Origin: Gammaproteobacteria bacterium | Lineage (GTDB): Bacteria > Pseudomonadota > Gammaproteobacteria > UBA4575 | Assembly (NCBI GenBank): GCA_965221955.1 | Contig: CBDCTA010000029.1 | Location: 1-64,000 of the forward strand | Reading direction: 5' to 3' | Length of the DNA stretch: 64,000 bases | In this document: positions 1-9,058 of the stretch, piece after piece | Position numbering within the stretch: the stretch's first letter is position 1 | Layout of the letters: each line of letters starts with the position of its first letter | Position numbers and translations under genes: made by a program | Notes under the pieces: model-generated | Databases searched by the model: none | Seen by the model: only the letters and a program-made list of their open reading frames with translations | What the model was told of the DNA's origin: nothing

Positions 1-301
1 AGCGCAAAGATTGATAGATACTGTCATGCTTTATTGTGAGATTGGTGATAATTTCGAGTTGCTTTATGGAAAATTGGATAATATTGCCCATGTTCATATT
101 AATCATAATGTAAAAAATGAATATTACCCTTTGATGCAAAAAGCGTTTATTAAAGCATTATGTGAGACGCTTGAGATTAAAGAATCTAGTGAACTCGCGC
201 AGGCTTGGAGTTTCGGATTTAAACGGCTTAGTGATGAGCTAATTCATATAGAAGATTTAATTAGGAAATACTCAACGGAAAAAAGTATTGAAAACGCATA
301 A
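1..301 (+). CDS. Globin-domain protein, 5'-truncated by the window edge
   Basis: Frame is open from position 2. The pattern IAHVH..HNV..EYYP.MQKAFIKAL...AQAW..GF..LSD.LI matches the F-G-H helices of single-domain globins. Confidence 0.7.
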   Translation, partial: AQRLIDTVMLYCEIGDNFELLYGKLDNIAHVHINHNVKNEYYPLMQKAFIKALCETLEIKESSELAQAWSFGFKRLSDELIHIEDLIRKYSTEKSIENA

Positions 302-323
302 AGAATAAAAACAAAATATTTAA

Positions 324-587
324 CTAAATGCCTATATTCGATATCTTTATCATTATTTCACTTAGAATATTTGTCATCCTTGGGTGCTCAGCTTCAAATT
401 TTTCTATGTAAGTTTTAATATTATCTAAAAGATGGCCATGAGTTTTCTCTATCTCATAAGCATCAGCTTGATCTTCAATTTCTTTTATCAATGAACTTAA
501 TTCTTGTTGCGCATCAGATTTGATCTCTAAATCTTCTACTTCTTCTTGTAGCTTGCGAATAAGTTGATGTAATTCTTTTTGGCTCAC
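324..587 (-). CDS. DUF4404-like small helical protein
   Basis: 87 aa ending FEAEHPRMTNILSEIMIKISNIGI, the typical C-terminus of this family. Confidence 0.7.
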   Translation of the reverse strand: MSQKELHQLIRKLQEEVEDLEIKSDAQQELSSLIKEIEDQADAYEIEKTHGHLLDNIKTYIEKFEAEHPRMTNILSEIMIKISNIGI

Positions 588-603
588 TATGTGAATTCCT
601 TAT

Positions 604-1056
604 CTATAAATTTGGATTTGCTAAATATTTAGGCAAATGATTACGTATATCTTCAGCCGTCATTTTAGCAATATTTTTATTAAGCACATAAGTAATATTC
701 TCCTGGATATTACTGCTTAATTGCTTCTTAAGCATGCCTAATAATTTTGGTGCTGCAATTAAGATAAGCTGATTTAAGTCATTTTTACTTTTTAAAGAAT
801 TTAAATAATGATCAATTTCGTTAACAAATAGTTTTGTTTCATGTTCTTTAGGGTCTTCGCTTTTAGACAGTGATCTTCGACCATAACCGGAACTAGAAAA
901 TGAATAACCAGGCCTATCACTCGCCATATCTTTATCTTGCAGTCGATTTTCTGGGTGAGTGAGTACCGTTTCTTCTTGTAAAGGGCCTTTTGAAGAAGTT
1001 GCACGAAATATACGAGCACAAGTAGTGTCTGCTGCAATAACAAGTATATTTGACAT
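604..1056 (-). CDS. Host attachment protein (AtsE / baeRF12-like release-factor homologue)
   Basis: Motifs ILVIAADTTCARIF, SDRPG and LILIAAPKLLGMLK. Confidence 0.8.
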   Translation of the reverse strand: MSNILVIAADTTCARIFRATSSKGPLQEETVLTHPENRLQDKDMASDRPGYSFSSSGYGRRSLSKSEDPKEHETKLFVNEIDHYLNSLKSKNDLNQLILIAAPKLLGMLKKQLSSNIQENITYVLNKNIAKMTAEDIRNHLPKYLANPNL

Positions 1057-1120
1057 AAACAGTACTCCTGATTCCTTGCTTTTGTGTTAATTAAGTAATG
1101 TAGTAAAAGTCATTAAGTAT

Positions 1121-1510
1121 TTAGCCCATCAGTATTTCTCCTACACCCCAAGCAAGCAGTAAGAGCCACACCAACACATATAGCCACAACTCTTTTAGTA
1201 TAAACACCATATCTTGTTGTTTTGCCCAAGCCACTAAACTACCCGCATATTTCGCCACCCCCGTAGCGATTAGAAGCATAATAAATAAACTAACTGCCAA
1301 TATTTCTGTAACAGTCACCCCTGACGTAATAAGAAAATACAACACTATGCCTGCTAACAATAAAGCTACAATAGAAATAATCTTGGGTTTTGCATATAAC
1401 TTTTCAACAAGGCTATACCAATAGTTTGCATTGACAAAAAATATAACCGCTTTAATTACAGCAAGTGCTATGAGTATTAAAGCAAGTATCTCTAAAGTTC
1501 CAATATTCAT
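1121..1510 (-). CDS. Membrane protein with about 4 TM helices, function unknown
   Basis: 129-aa ORF with several hydrophobic segments. Confidence 0.7.
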   Translation of the reverse strand: MNIGTLEILALILIALAVIKAVIFFVNANYWYSLVEKLYAKPKIISIVALLLAGIVLYFLITSGVTVTEILAVSLFIMLLIATGVAKYAGSLVAWAKQQDMVFILKELWLYVLVWLLLLAWGVGEILMG

Positions 1511-1573
1511 ATGTCTCCAATAACTTAGTACTTGAATAACACGCGTAGTTTACTTGGAATATTCTTTTTAGAA

Positions 1574-1587
1574 TTGATATCTATCAA
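1574..1587. promoter_or_regulatory. FNR/ANR-type binding site
   Basis: Perfect TTGAT-ATCT-ATCAA in a divergent intergenic region, 64 bp upstream of the 1510 start. Confidence 0.75.
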
Positions 1588-1751
1588 TAAATCTTTACGC
1601 TTTAAAAACTAGTATGGTGCTTACTATAAGCTTCTTTCTCTCGCTATGGTAATGAAACCATTGGGTTTTCAGTATATGGAAAATCCTACAATGCGTAAGC
1701 CTGATATATAGTTAACAAAGTTTGTATATTGGTTTCCAGTTTAAATAACTT

Positions 1752-2366
1752 ATGACTCAAATTAAGAAGGCAAATATGAATTCACGGATCGGTGAACTAT
1801 TAGAAGAAATTAGAATTAGAGAAGAAGAACTTGAAGATGTAATTAAAACTCACGAAAAAGAGTTTTTATATCGGCTCGAGGGCAAAAAAATTAAGTTTGA
1901 GCATGCAGTAGAGCAAGCCCATCTTAAATTAAAAGTTGGGATGATTAGTTGGCTAAGTAAAAGCCACCCATTAAATGTTCTATCAGCACCGATTATTTAT
2001 TCAATGATATTTCCGTTTCTGTTTTTAGATTTGTCGATTTCAATTTATCAAATGATATGTTTTCGTTTATATGGAATCCCAAGAGTAAAGAGGGAAAAGT
2101 ATATTGTTATCGATAGACAGCACCTTTCCTATTTAAACGGTATGGAGAAATTGAATTGCATGTATTGTGGCTATGTAAATGGTTTAATAGCCTACTCGCG
2201 TGAAATTGTGGCACGAACCGAACAGTATTGGTGTCCAATAAAACATGCTAAAAAAATATTAGACTCACATAGGCGTTATTCAAAATTTGCAGATTTTGGT
2301 GATTATGAAAACTATCCGCAACATGTTAAGCAGATGAGAAAATTGCTAACTGAAGAAGGAAAATAA
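1752..2366 (+). CDS. Conserved hypothetical membrane-associated protein
   Basis: 204 aa with one TM segment and Cys/His motifs KLNCMYCGY and YWCPIKHA. Confidence 0.7.
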   Translation: MTQIKKANMNSRIGELLEEIRIREEELEDVIKTHEKEFLYRLEGKKIKFEHAVEQAHLKLKVGMISWLSKSHPLNVLSAPIIYSMIFPFLFLDLSISIYQMICFRLYGIPRVKREKYIVIDRQHLSYLNGMEKLNCMYCGYVNGLIAYSREIVARTEQYWCPIKHAKKILDSHRRYSKFADFGDYENYPQHVKQMRKLLTEEGK

Positions 2367-2453
2367 TAAGTAGTAATATAGCTAACTTAACCATCATAAG
2401 TAGGCCTACTCTTTTCTTATCTTTGAGGGAGAAGCATTAACTTTGTAATTTAT

Positions 2454-2500
2454 TGGTGGGCCCGGTAGGACTCGAACCTACGACCAAAGGATTATGAGTC
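2454..2500 (-). repeat. att direct repeat (displaced 3' half of tRNA-Ile2)
   Basis: TGGTGGGCCCGGTAGGACTCGAACCTACGACCAAAGGATTATGAGTC matches 20570-20616 at 46 of 47 positions. Confidence 0.95.
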
Positions 2501-2618
2501 GTAACTACTTTCTACTATTAACACTCGTTGAAAGACCTTTAAACGAATATAATACGTTGATTGAAAAGTATTTTTTTCAATTATGTTAGGTTAATCGGTA
2601 GCACAAAGGTGGTTGAAA

Positions 2619-3908
2619 ATGAGTTCAAATGTGGTGGACATAGCGGTGGAAAAAAATTCATCAAATTTTTCACTAAAAACAAATAAAATTTTATTAAATA
2701 AAAATAATCTCAAAAAAATTCCTCTACCCGTTAAAGGCAAATTACGCATATGGGATGCTGAGCTTCACGGCTTATACGTAAGTCTTCCTCCTAGCGCAAA
2801 AGCAGTCGCATATTTTCGTTACCGCATAAACGAAAATCAACGTGATTATAAACTGGGACGACTCGACCGACTTAGTTTTAAAGCCATACGTGATCAAGCC
2901 AAAAAAGTGGCTGCCATGGTTGAGCTCGGAGAAGATCCACAATTACAACGTATGCAAGAGCGCCAAGCGCAAAAAGACGCAAAACGAAAAGAAGCCATCG
3001 ATAAACTTTCTACCTTGGGCAACTTTTATTACAGCTATTATATCGACTACGTACGTGCTAATTTAAAAGATTCTGAGCAACGTCTTAAGACTATTGAACG
3101 TAATTTTGGTCAATGGTTTGAGTGGCCGATGGACGAAATAACAGTGTCTGTTGTGAGTCAATGGCGAAATCAAAGAATGAACACTCCTGTTATTCGTGGG
3201 AAAGGCGAAAATCGAAAAGAGAGCAAACGTAGACCAGGAGCAGTCAATCGACCTATTGCGTATTTGCGTGCATTGTTATCCGTGGCTTGTGACGAAGCGG
3301 AAATTATTCGTAATAACCCACTCGCAAAACTAAAACAGCTAAAAGAACCTAAAAATCCTCGCAAAAGATTTCTGACAGACGAAGAGTATATGCGCTTGCA
3401 TAATGCGTTACGCGAACGAGATGATTATCTCCCCGTATTCATTGAGCTTGGCATCCATACCGGTCTACGTATGAGTGAAATGTTAACGTTGAGATGGGAT
3501 TCCATCGACTTCAGTAACAATACTTTATGCGTGGAGTCGCAATTTGCTAAGAGTAAACGACGTCGATTTGTGCCGCTAAACCCACAAATATGCACCATGC
3601 TTAAAGAATGGAAAATGCGTTCTCAACGCTTCGGTCCATGGGTATTTACAAACCCTGAAACAGGGTCTCACTACGTCTCTATAGTACGGGCATGGAATTC
3701 CGTTATGAAAGCATCACAAGTCCAGGATTTCACACGACAAGATTTACGAAGAACCTTTGGCAGTTGGTTGGCCGAGCGTGGTGAAAGTATTTACGTCATA
3801 AAAAACTTATTAGGGCATTCGTCGGTGGATGTAACGGAAAACCATTATGCGTACCTGCAAGATGAATCACAGCGCAATGCAGTCAATCGTTTAGTGGAAA
3901 ATGCATGA
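2619..3908 (+). CDS. Tyrosine recombinase/integrase with N-terminal arm-binding domain
   Basis: IWDAELHGLYV arm-domain motif; catalytic motifs TGLRMSE, QDLRRT, LLGHSS and HYA; adjacent to att. Start uncertain (TTG 2613 or ATG 2619). Confidence 0.92.
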   Translation: MSSNVVDIAVEKNSSNFSLKTNKILLNKNNLKKIPLPVKGKLRIWDAELHGLYVSLPPSAKAVAYFRYRINENQRDYKLGRLDRLSFKAIRDQAKKVAAMVELGEDPQLQRMQERQAQKDAKRKEAIDKLSTLGNFYYSYYIDYVRANLKDSEQRLKTIERNFGQWFEWPMDEITVSVVSQWRNQRMNTPVIRGKGENRKESKRRPGAVNRPIAYLRALLSVACDEAEIIRNNPLAKLKQLKEPKNPRKRFLTDEEYMRLHNALRERDDYLPVFIELGIHTGLRMSEMLTLRWDSIDFSNNTLCVESQFAKSKRRRFVPLNPQICTMLKEWKMRSQRFGPWVFTNPETGSHYVSIVRAWNSVMKASQVQDFTRQDLRRTFGSWLAERGESIYVIKNLLGHSSVDVTENHYAYLQDESQRNAVNRLVENA

Positions 3909-4306
3909 CGGACTCTACTGATGATTCAGATTCGCTCGATGTAAATAACTGGCATTTTACGCTCGGTCGATTACAGTCTGGGCGTACTCCTTATCCAGAC
4001 TTGCTAGCAAAAGAAATTCTTTATCACGAAGAACCCATGCCACAAAGTGTGCGTGAGTTTTTATCTGATTTTGTTCTAGCACGATTACAGCCCGATATAC
4101 GTAATCTGCCCTATGAACAATTAAATCCCGAAGAAAAGATTCGTTATCGAAGACATGCTGTGTATTTGGCATGGTATGGCTGCATGTACGGAACCGATAC
4201 ACGAAGCTGGTACGAAGTTAAAACTGAATTAGCTAACGAATTTAATAAAAGCGAAGAAACTATAGAAAAAGACATTCGTGAACGACGAAACAAACCCAAG
4301 TTCTAG
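3905..4306 (+). CDS. Hypothetical protein with possible C-terminal HTH
   Basis: ATGA overlap with the int stop; ELANEFNKSEETIEKDIR resembles an HTH. Confidence 0.65.
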   Translation: MTDSTDDSDSLDVNNWHFTLGRLQSGRTPYPDLLAKEILYHEEPMPQSVREFLSDFVLARLQPDIRNLPYEQLNPEEKIRYRRHAVYLAWYGCMYGTDTRSWYEVKTELANEFNKSEETIEKDIRERRNKPKF

Positions 4307-4328
4307 GACGTCCCCTCCTATGATCGGT

Positions 4329-4357
4329 TCGCTAATCTCAACAAATTAGCGACTTTT
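4329..4357 (+). terminator. Possible intrinsic terminator after the int operon
   Basis: TCGCTAAT-N8-ATTAGCGA followed by CTTTT. Confidence 0.35.
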
Positions 4358-4504
4358 GCTAGCATTCAATCGCTTGCACAATCTTTTCCACCTTATTTCC
4401 ACCTAAACTGTACAAATTCAGCCTCGATTTTGTACGTACCCATCATCGAAGTATTGGATTAGCCTACACCCTCTTATTCACTCAGTAGATAAAGAGGTAC
4501 AACG

Positions 4505-4768
4505 ATGCAAGAACAAGCTATACAAGAAGGTTCTATCCAAAATGGCGAAATATTTACGCATGATGAAGCCGCACAATATTTAGGGGTCAGTCGATGTTCA
4601 CTTCGAGACTCACGTCAATCCAATAAACTCTATGGTCGACCTGCTCCCAAACATATTCGTTTGAACTACCGAACCGTTATCTACAAAAAAACAACGCTAG
4701 ATGAATGGCTCAGTCGGTTAGAAGAATTTCAAACAGGTGCTGAGGCGACGAACTTATTGTACAAATAA
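4505..4768 (+). CDS. AlpA/excisionase-like HTH protein
   Basis: FTHDEAAQYLGVS...PKHIRL..RTVIY....LDEWL; AGAGGT RBS upstream. Confidence 0.8.
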   Translation: MQEQAIQEGSIQNGEIFTHDEAAQYLGVSRCSLRDSRQSNKLYGRPAPKHIRLNYRTVIYKKTTLDEWLSRLEEFQTGAEATNLLYK

Positions 4769-4789
4769 ATTATTTGTCTAACTTTTTAG

Positions 4790-5203
4790 ATGGGTGATCG
4801 TTGGGCTCTGCAACAGTCAAAAAAAGGTAGAAAAAAGAGAGCAAAAGACAAATTTAGTTATCTACCGTTTGATGTACTTACTTCAGAAGCATTTATTACA
4901 TTGTCCAATTCTGCAAAATGGGCGCTCATTGCATTTTGTGCTCAATATCGTGACCATAACAACGGTAATTTAGTATTTTCCAGAAGTTACTTCAGAGAAT
5001 TTGGAATTACCAGTCATGGTTCTATCGATCGTGCGCGAAAGAATCTCCTAGAGCGAAAACTAATAATTAAAACTGCACAGGGTTCAATGCATCCTAAGAG
5101 ATCAAGTCGATTTGCTACTGGATGGGGGGACATATATTTCAGGCACTACAAAGAATTAGATTATCCAGAAAAAACAGATTCAAAATATTTGTATTGGAAT
5201 TAG
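4790..5203 (+). CDS. Winged-helix protein typical of integrated-element cores (possible replication or regulatory role)
   Basis: FSYLP.DVL.SEAF..LS..AK.ALI.....Y...NNG.L and RARKNLLERKLI; follows the AlpA-like gene. Confidence 0.65.
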   Translation: MGDRWALQQSKKGRKKRAKDKFSYLPFDVLTSEAFITLSNSAKWALIAFCAQYRDHNNGNLVFSRSYFREFGITSHGSIDRARKNLLERKLIIKTAQGSMHPKRSSRFATGWGDIYFRHYKELDYPEKTDSKYLYWN

Positions 5204-5481
5204 TGCATGCGTCAAGAATATTTTTAATACTAAAGTTGTAAAGAACCCAGACTCTTAGATAAAGCCCATAAATGAGGCACAAAAATATTTAAAATGAATA
5301 CCTATGTGGGGTACACTGCATACCACATAAGGGCACATTTATGTAAATATGTGCCCATCTTTGGGGCACAAATCTATTCAAATATTTTGCTAATTAATTT
5401 TTCCATCTAGAACAAAATATTGTTTAAGACCAATGTTCATTGATATGGGTGTAATCAAATAATCTGGGCCTGATTACTATT

Positions 5482-6636
5482 ATGCTTTTCGATCAATATC
5501 AATCACAAACTGATGTATCAGATATAACAATTCAACAGGGTTTATTAGTCCCAATTCTTGGTCTTTGTGGGGAAATTGGAGAAATTACTTCAGTTATTAA
5601 GAAACGAGTTAGAGATCAAAGAAATTACAAAGATTTTTCAATGGATCTAAGAGAAGAATCAGGTGACGCTCTGTGGTATCTCTGCAGCATCAGTAGGCAT
5701 TTGGGAGTTCAATTTAGAAAAGTTGCCACTGATAATTTGCAGCACTTAAAAGCTATACCAGTTTCCCATATTTGTACTGATTTAACAGACTATCAAACTC
5801 AAGCTTTATCTACTTTAAAAGTTAGCGATAGACATAGAGAATTTGTACTTGCTGGACTGATTAAAAATGCAGGAAATCTTTTAAAATTATATAAAAATGC
5901 AAATGAAGAAGAAAGAAAAACAGATGCATTTCATGACAGCTTAGTAAAAGAAGTAGGCGACATATTATGGTTTCTAGCGATTCTTTGTAAGTTTTACTTT
6001 CTGGATCTAAGTCTTGTAGCCCATGAAAATATAGAAAAAATTACTTCAATCCATGACGAAGGAGTAACTTGTAATTTTGACAAAAATTTCCCTCCTGAAC
6101 AAAGCTTTCCTCGTAAAATGGAGTTTACTATATTAGAGGTAGCCGAAGGTGGAGATTTACAAGTTAAATTATTTGCAAATAACGATCCAATTGGCAATCC
6201 ATTAAAAGATAACACATATAAAGAAGATCAATATCGCTTCCATGATGCTTTCCATATAGCCAATATGGCAATCCTTGGGTGGTCTCCCAACATGAGAATG
6301 TTTCTTGATATCAAACGCAAGAATGACAAAAAAACAGATGAAGTTGAAGATGGGGGACGCGCAAGAATCATCGAAGAAGCTGTTTTACATTTTGTATTTG
6401 TAAAAGCACAAAGGCTTGATCTATTTGAAAACAAAATATCTATTGATAGCTCAATCTTGAAAGAAGTTAAGGAACTTACTGGTACTTTAGAAGTTAAACA
6501 GTGCACCTTTAAACAATGGGAGAGAGCTTTGCTTGAAGGCTACAGAATATTCCGGCTTTTATGTGAACATCATAAAGGGAAGATAAAAGTTGATTTAGAT
6601 GCCAAGACTATTACGTTTGAAGAGATTAATGACTAG
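5482..6636 (+). CDS. Tandem MazG-like NTP pyrophosphohydrolase with MazG-C domain
   Basis: GLCGEIGE..REESGDALWY; a second degenerate repeat ending KEVGDILWF; C-terminal DQYRFHDAFH (DxYRxHDxxH), GWSP and DEVEDGGRA. Confidence 0.85.
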   Translation: MLFDQYQSQTDVSDITIQQGLLVPILGLCGEIGEITSVIKKRVRDQRNYKDFSMDLREESGDALWYLCSISRHLGVQFRKVATDNLQHLKAIPVSHICTDLTDYQTQALSTLKVSDRHREFVLAGLIKNAGNLLKLYKNANEEERKTDAFHDSLVKEVGDILWFLAILCKFYFLDLSLVAHENIEKITSIHDEGVTCNFDKNFPPEQSFPRKMEFTILEVAEGGDLQVKLFANNDPIGNPLKDNTYKEDQYRFHDAFHIANMAILGWSPNMRMFLDIKRKNDKKTDEVEDGGRARIIEEAVLHFVFVKAQRLDLFENKISIDSSILKEVKELTGTLEVKQCTFKQWERALLEGYRIFRLLCEHHKGKIKVDLDAKTITFEEIND

Positions 6637-7435
6637 CTACATAGTAATCAATGAATCCAATTGTATTGATGCTTGGAAAGCTGCATCGGACTATTTATTA
6701 AATAACAATAAATCATGCTTTAATCTTCTTATTGGGATTGATAGCCCCACAGAATGTGAAGATAAATGGATTGAATGTTATAACCCAAAACTGTTTAACA
6801 TTTCATCAACTAGAAAAGGTGACGATTTAAGAGATGTTATTCACACAATATTCCCAGTTAAGCATTATCGAAACATCAAGAATAGAACAGAGCTTTATAG
6901 CAAGTATTTAAAGACCCATCTAAGAAGCTCTAAGATAAGCGGTAAAAAGTATGACCGTTGGGGAACATATTTCACGAGGCTAATATGGTTTGATACAATT
7001 GACCAAATTAAATTACATATTAATTCCTCTGATTCACTAGAACAAATTGGTAAGATCGTTAATAGTTATCCTGGGAGGCTTAATCAATTAGAAAGCGTTA
7101 TATCTGCGCTGACTAACTGGAAATCAAATGAAAAAGCAGCTTTGTATTGCCATATCTCTTCCCCCATGCTTGACACCTTACAACCTTTAGGTTTGCCTTG
7201 TCTTCAATTTATTCAGTTTACTAAAGCTAATGATGGGTCTATTGACTTAACTGCAGTGTATCGTAACCATGATTATTTCAACAAAGCTCTAGGAAACTTT
7301 ATTGGGCTTGGTCAGTTATTAGAATTCGTATGTAACGAAAGCAACAAAACAGCAGGAAAACTAAACTGCCATTCTATTAGAGCATATTTTAGAACATCAA
7401 AAACTGTATTGAGAGAATTATTGAATAATGAGTAA
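6629..7435 (+). CDS. Divergent thymidylate-synthase-superfamily protein
   Basis: GTYFTRL, NQL, catalytic PCLQ and YRNHD...GN motifs; ATG overlaps the upstream stop (ATGACTAG). Confidence 0.75.
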   Translation: MTSYIVINESNCIDAWKAASDYLLNNNKSCFNLLIGIDSPTECEDKWIECYNPKLFNISSTRKGDDLRDVIHTIFPVKHYRNIKNRTELYSKYLKTHLRSSKISGKKYDRWGTYFTRLIWFDTIDQIKLHINSSDSLEQIGKIVNSYPGRLNQLESVISALTNWKSNEKAALYCHISSPMLDTLQPLGLPCLQFIQFTKANDGSIDLTAVYRNHDYFNKALGNFIGLGQLLEFVCNESNKTAGKLNCHSIRAYFRTSKTVLRELLNNE

Positions 7436-8519
7436 ATCAAATAGTAAAAAGTTATTACAGCTGTGCGGGGAGGTTAAAAAATGTAAGCTATGCGCCAGGA
7501 TGAACAATAGCAAACGTGTTTTAAATGGCTCATGTGGGCCAATTAATGCTCAAGCATTTTTTATCGGAGAGGCGCCTGGAAGACTAGGTGCTGACGGATC
7601 TGAAATTCCTTTCCATGGCGATGTTGCTGGAGACAACTTTGAGAGATTGCTTAATCAAGTCGGGTTAAGCAGATATAACATCTACATTACTAATGCAGTT
7701 TTATGTAATCCAAAAGACGATGATGGAAATAACGCAACACCAAATTTAAATGAAATTAAAAATTGCACAAATTACCTGCAACAACAAATCGAGTTAGTTA
7801 ATCCAAAAATAATTGTTACTTTAGGCGCTACAGCATTAAAAGCTACATCCATAATTGAATCTCATAAAATTAGTCTAAAAAAAGATGTGAGAAAATCTTT
7901 CAATTGGTTTAATAGGAAATTAATACCGTTATATCATCCAGGACAAAGAGCAATGGCGCATCGAAGCTTCTTGAACCAACTTGCTGATTACCAGTTCGTT
8001 GCTGAAAAGATAAGAAGACTAAATAAGCCAGTTCGCAAGGTGTCTGCTTATATGAATGAGGACGTAGTCTCAATTGTAGACTACATTACACACTTAAAAC
8101 CTAAAGTTTCATATTTTTGGCTTCACAAAATATTTTATCTGATTGAATATGAAGCCACTAAACAATCTGGAAGTAAACTAACAAACTCATATTTTATCAG
8201 ACAAAAAGATGGGCCATATTGTACTGATTTAAATATCAAAAAACTTAAAAAATACTTTGGGGATCTCAGAGTTGAACAAAATAAAAATAAGCTCATTATT
8301 AGCAGAAGCGCGCCCGACCTATTTGGAAATAAAACAACGAATATTGGTTCACTTTCAAGAGATCAACGTGAGTTAATTATGAGGGTAATTGAAAGGCATG
8401 GTAACAAATCTGATTCACAGTTAAAGACTACTGTTTACCTTACAAAACCAATGAAAAAAATTATTAGACAAGAAGAAAAAAATATAAATCTATTTAATTC
8501 TCCTGTAGTTTTTAATTAA
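7428..8519 (+). CDS. Family-4-like uracil-DNA glycosylase fused to a Panacea/DUF4065-like domain
   Basis: CKLC Fe-S ligands, GEAPG, NAVLCNP and YHPG; C-terminal LHKIFYLIE...QKDGPY; ATG overlaps the upstream stop (ATGAGTAA). Confidence 0.8.
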   Translation: MSKSNSKKLLQLCGEVKKCKLCARMNNSKRVLNGSCGPINAQAFFIGEAPGRLGADGSEIPFHGDVAGDNFERLLNQVGLSRYNIYITNAVLCNPKDDDGNNATPNLNEIKNCTNYLQQQIELVNPKIIVTLGATALKATSIIESHKISLKKDVRKSFNWFNRKLIPLYHPGQRAMAHRSFLNQLADYQFVAEKIRRLNKPVRKVSAYMNEDVVSIVDYITHLKPKVSYFWLHKIFYLIEYEATKQSGSKLTNSYFIRQKDGPYCTDLNIKKLKKYFGDLRVEQNKNKLIISRSAPDLFGNKTTNIGSLSRDQRELIMRVIERHGNKSDSQLKTTVYLTKPMKKIIRQEEKNINLFNSPVVFN

Positions 8520-8692
8520 TTTGAGATGTGAAAAGTTCCTTTATATTGCAGCTATGAAGATTCCCAATCCTTATAGCATCACACACGCATTATATACTTT
8601 TCGTTAGTTTATAAGTTTTTTTGGCTCATAATTAATTCTTTCCACCTAATTTCCACCAATATACTATTTAAACGAATAGTGTGTTTATGGCA

Positions 8693-9031
8693 CTAGTATT
8701 CGATCTCATGTTCTGGCCAGTGATATAAGATGATAATAGACAATGCAATAGAAATAATTACGATGGGTATGTAAATCAATGCTTGATCTACAGTTATGCC
8801 TTTTTTTTCTGTATTTCTAAGGAAATACTTTTCTGTGCTAGATATACAAGTAAAGGCAATGAGAATAAATATAACAACTGCAACATAATGAAAAAACCAC
8901 CATCCTAGAAATTCATATAACGAACTCCACATGTATACTCTATATTGAACGACATTACGTACATAAGCTACTACAAGCCCTGTAACTGCAAGTAACATTG
9001 TTTTTCTCAATTCAAGAGAAATTTTCTTCAT
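8693..9031 (-). CDS. Membrane protein with 3 TM segments
   Basis: 112-aa hydrophobic ORF. Confidence 0.6.
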   Translation of the reverse strand: MKKISLELRKTMLLAVTGLVVAYVRNVVQYRVYMWSSLYEFLGWWFFHYVAVVIFILIAFTCISSTEKYFLRNTEKKGITVDQALIYIPIVIISIALSIIILYHWPEHEIEY

Positions 9032-9058
9032 AATTAAATATATATCTTCTAGTATTGA

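Noticed and set aside
8623-8632. GGCTCATAAT as a secondary att core near the internal paired motifs
   Set aside because: The match is only 8-9 nt, and its distance to the paired motifs differs from that at the real ends.
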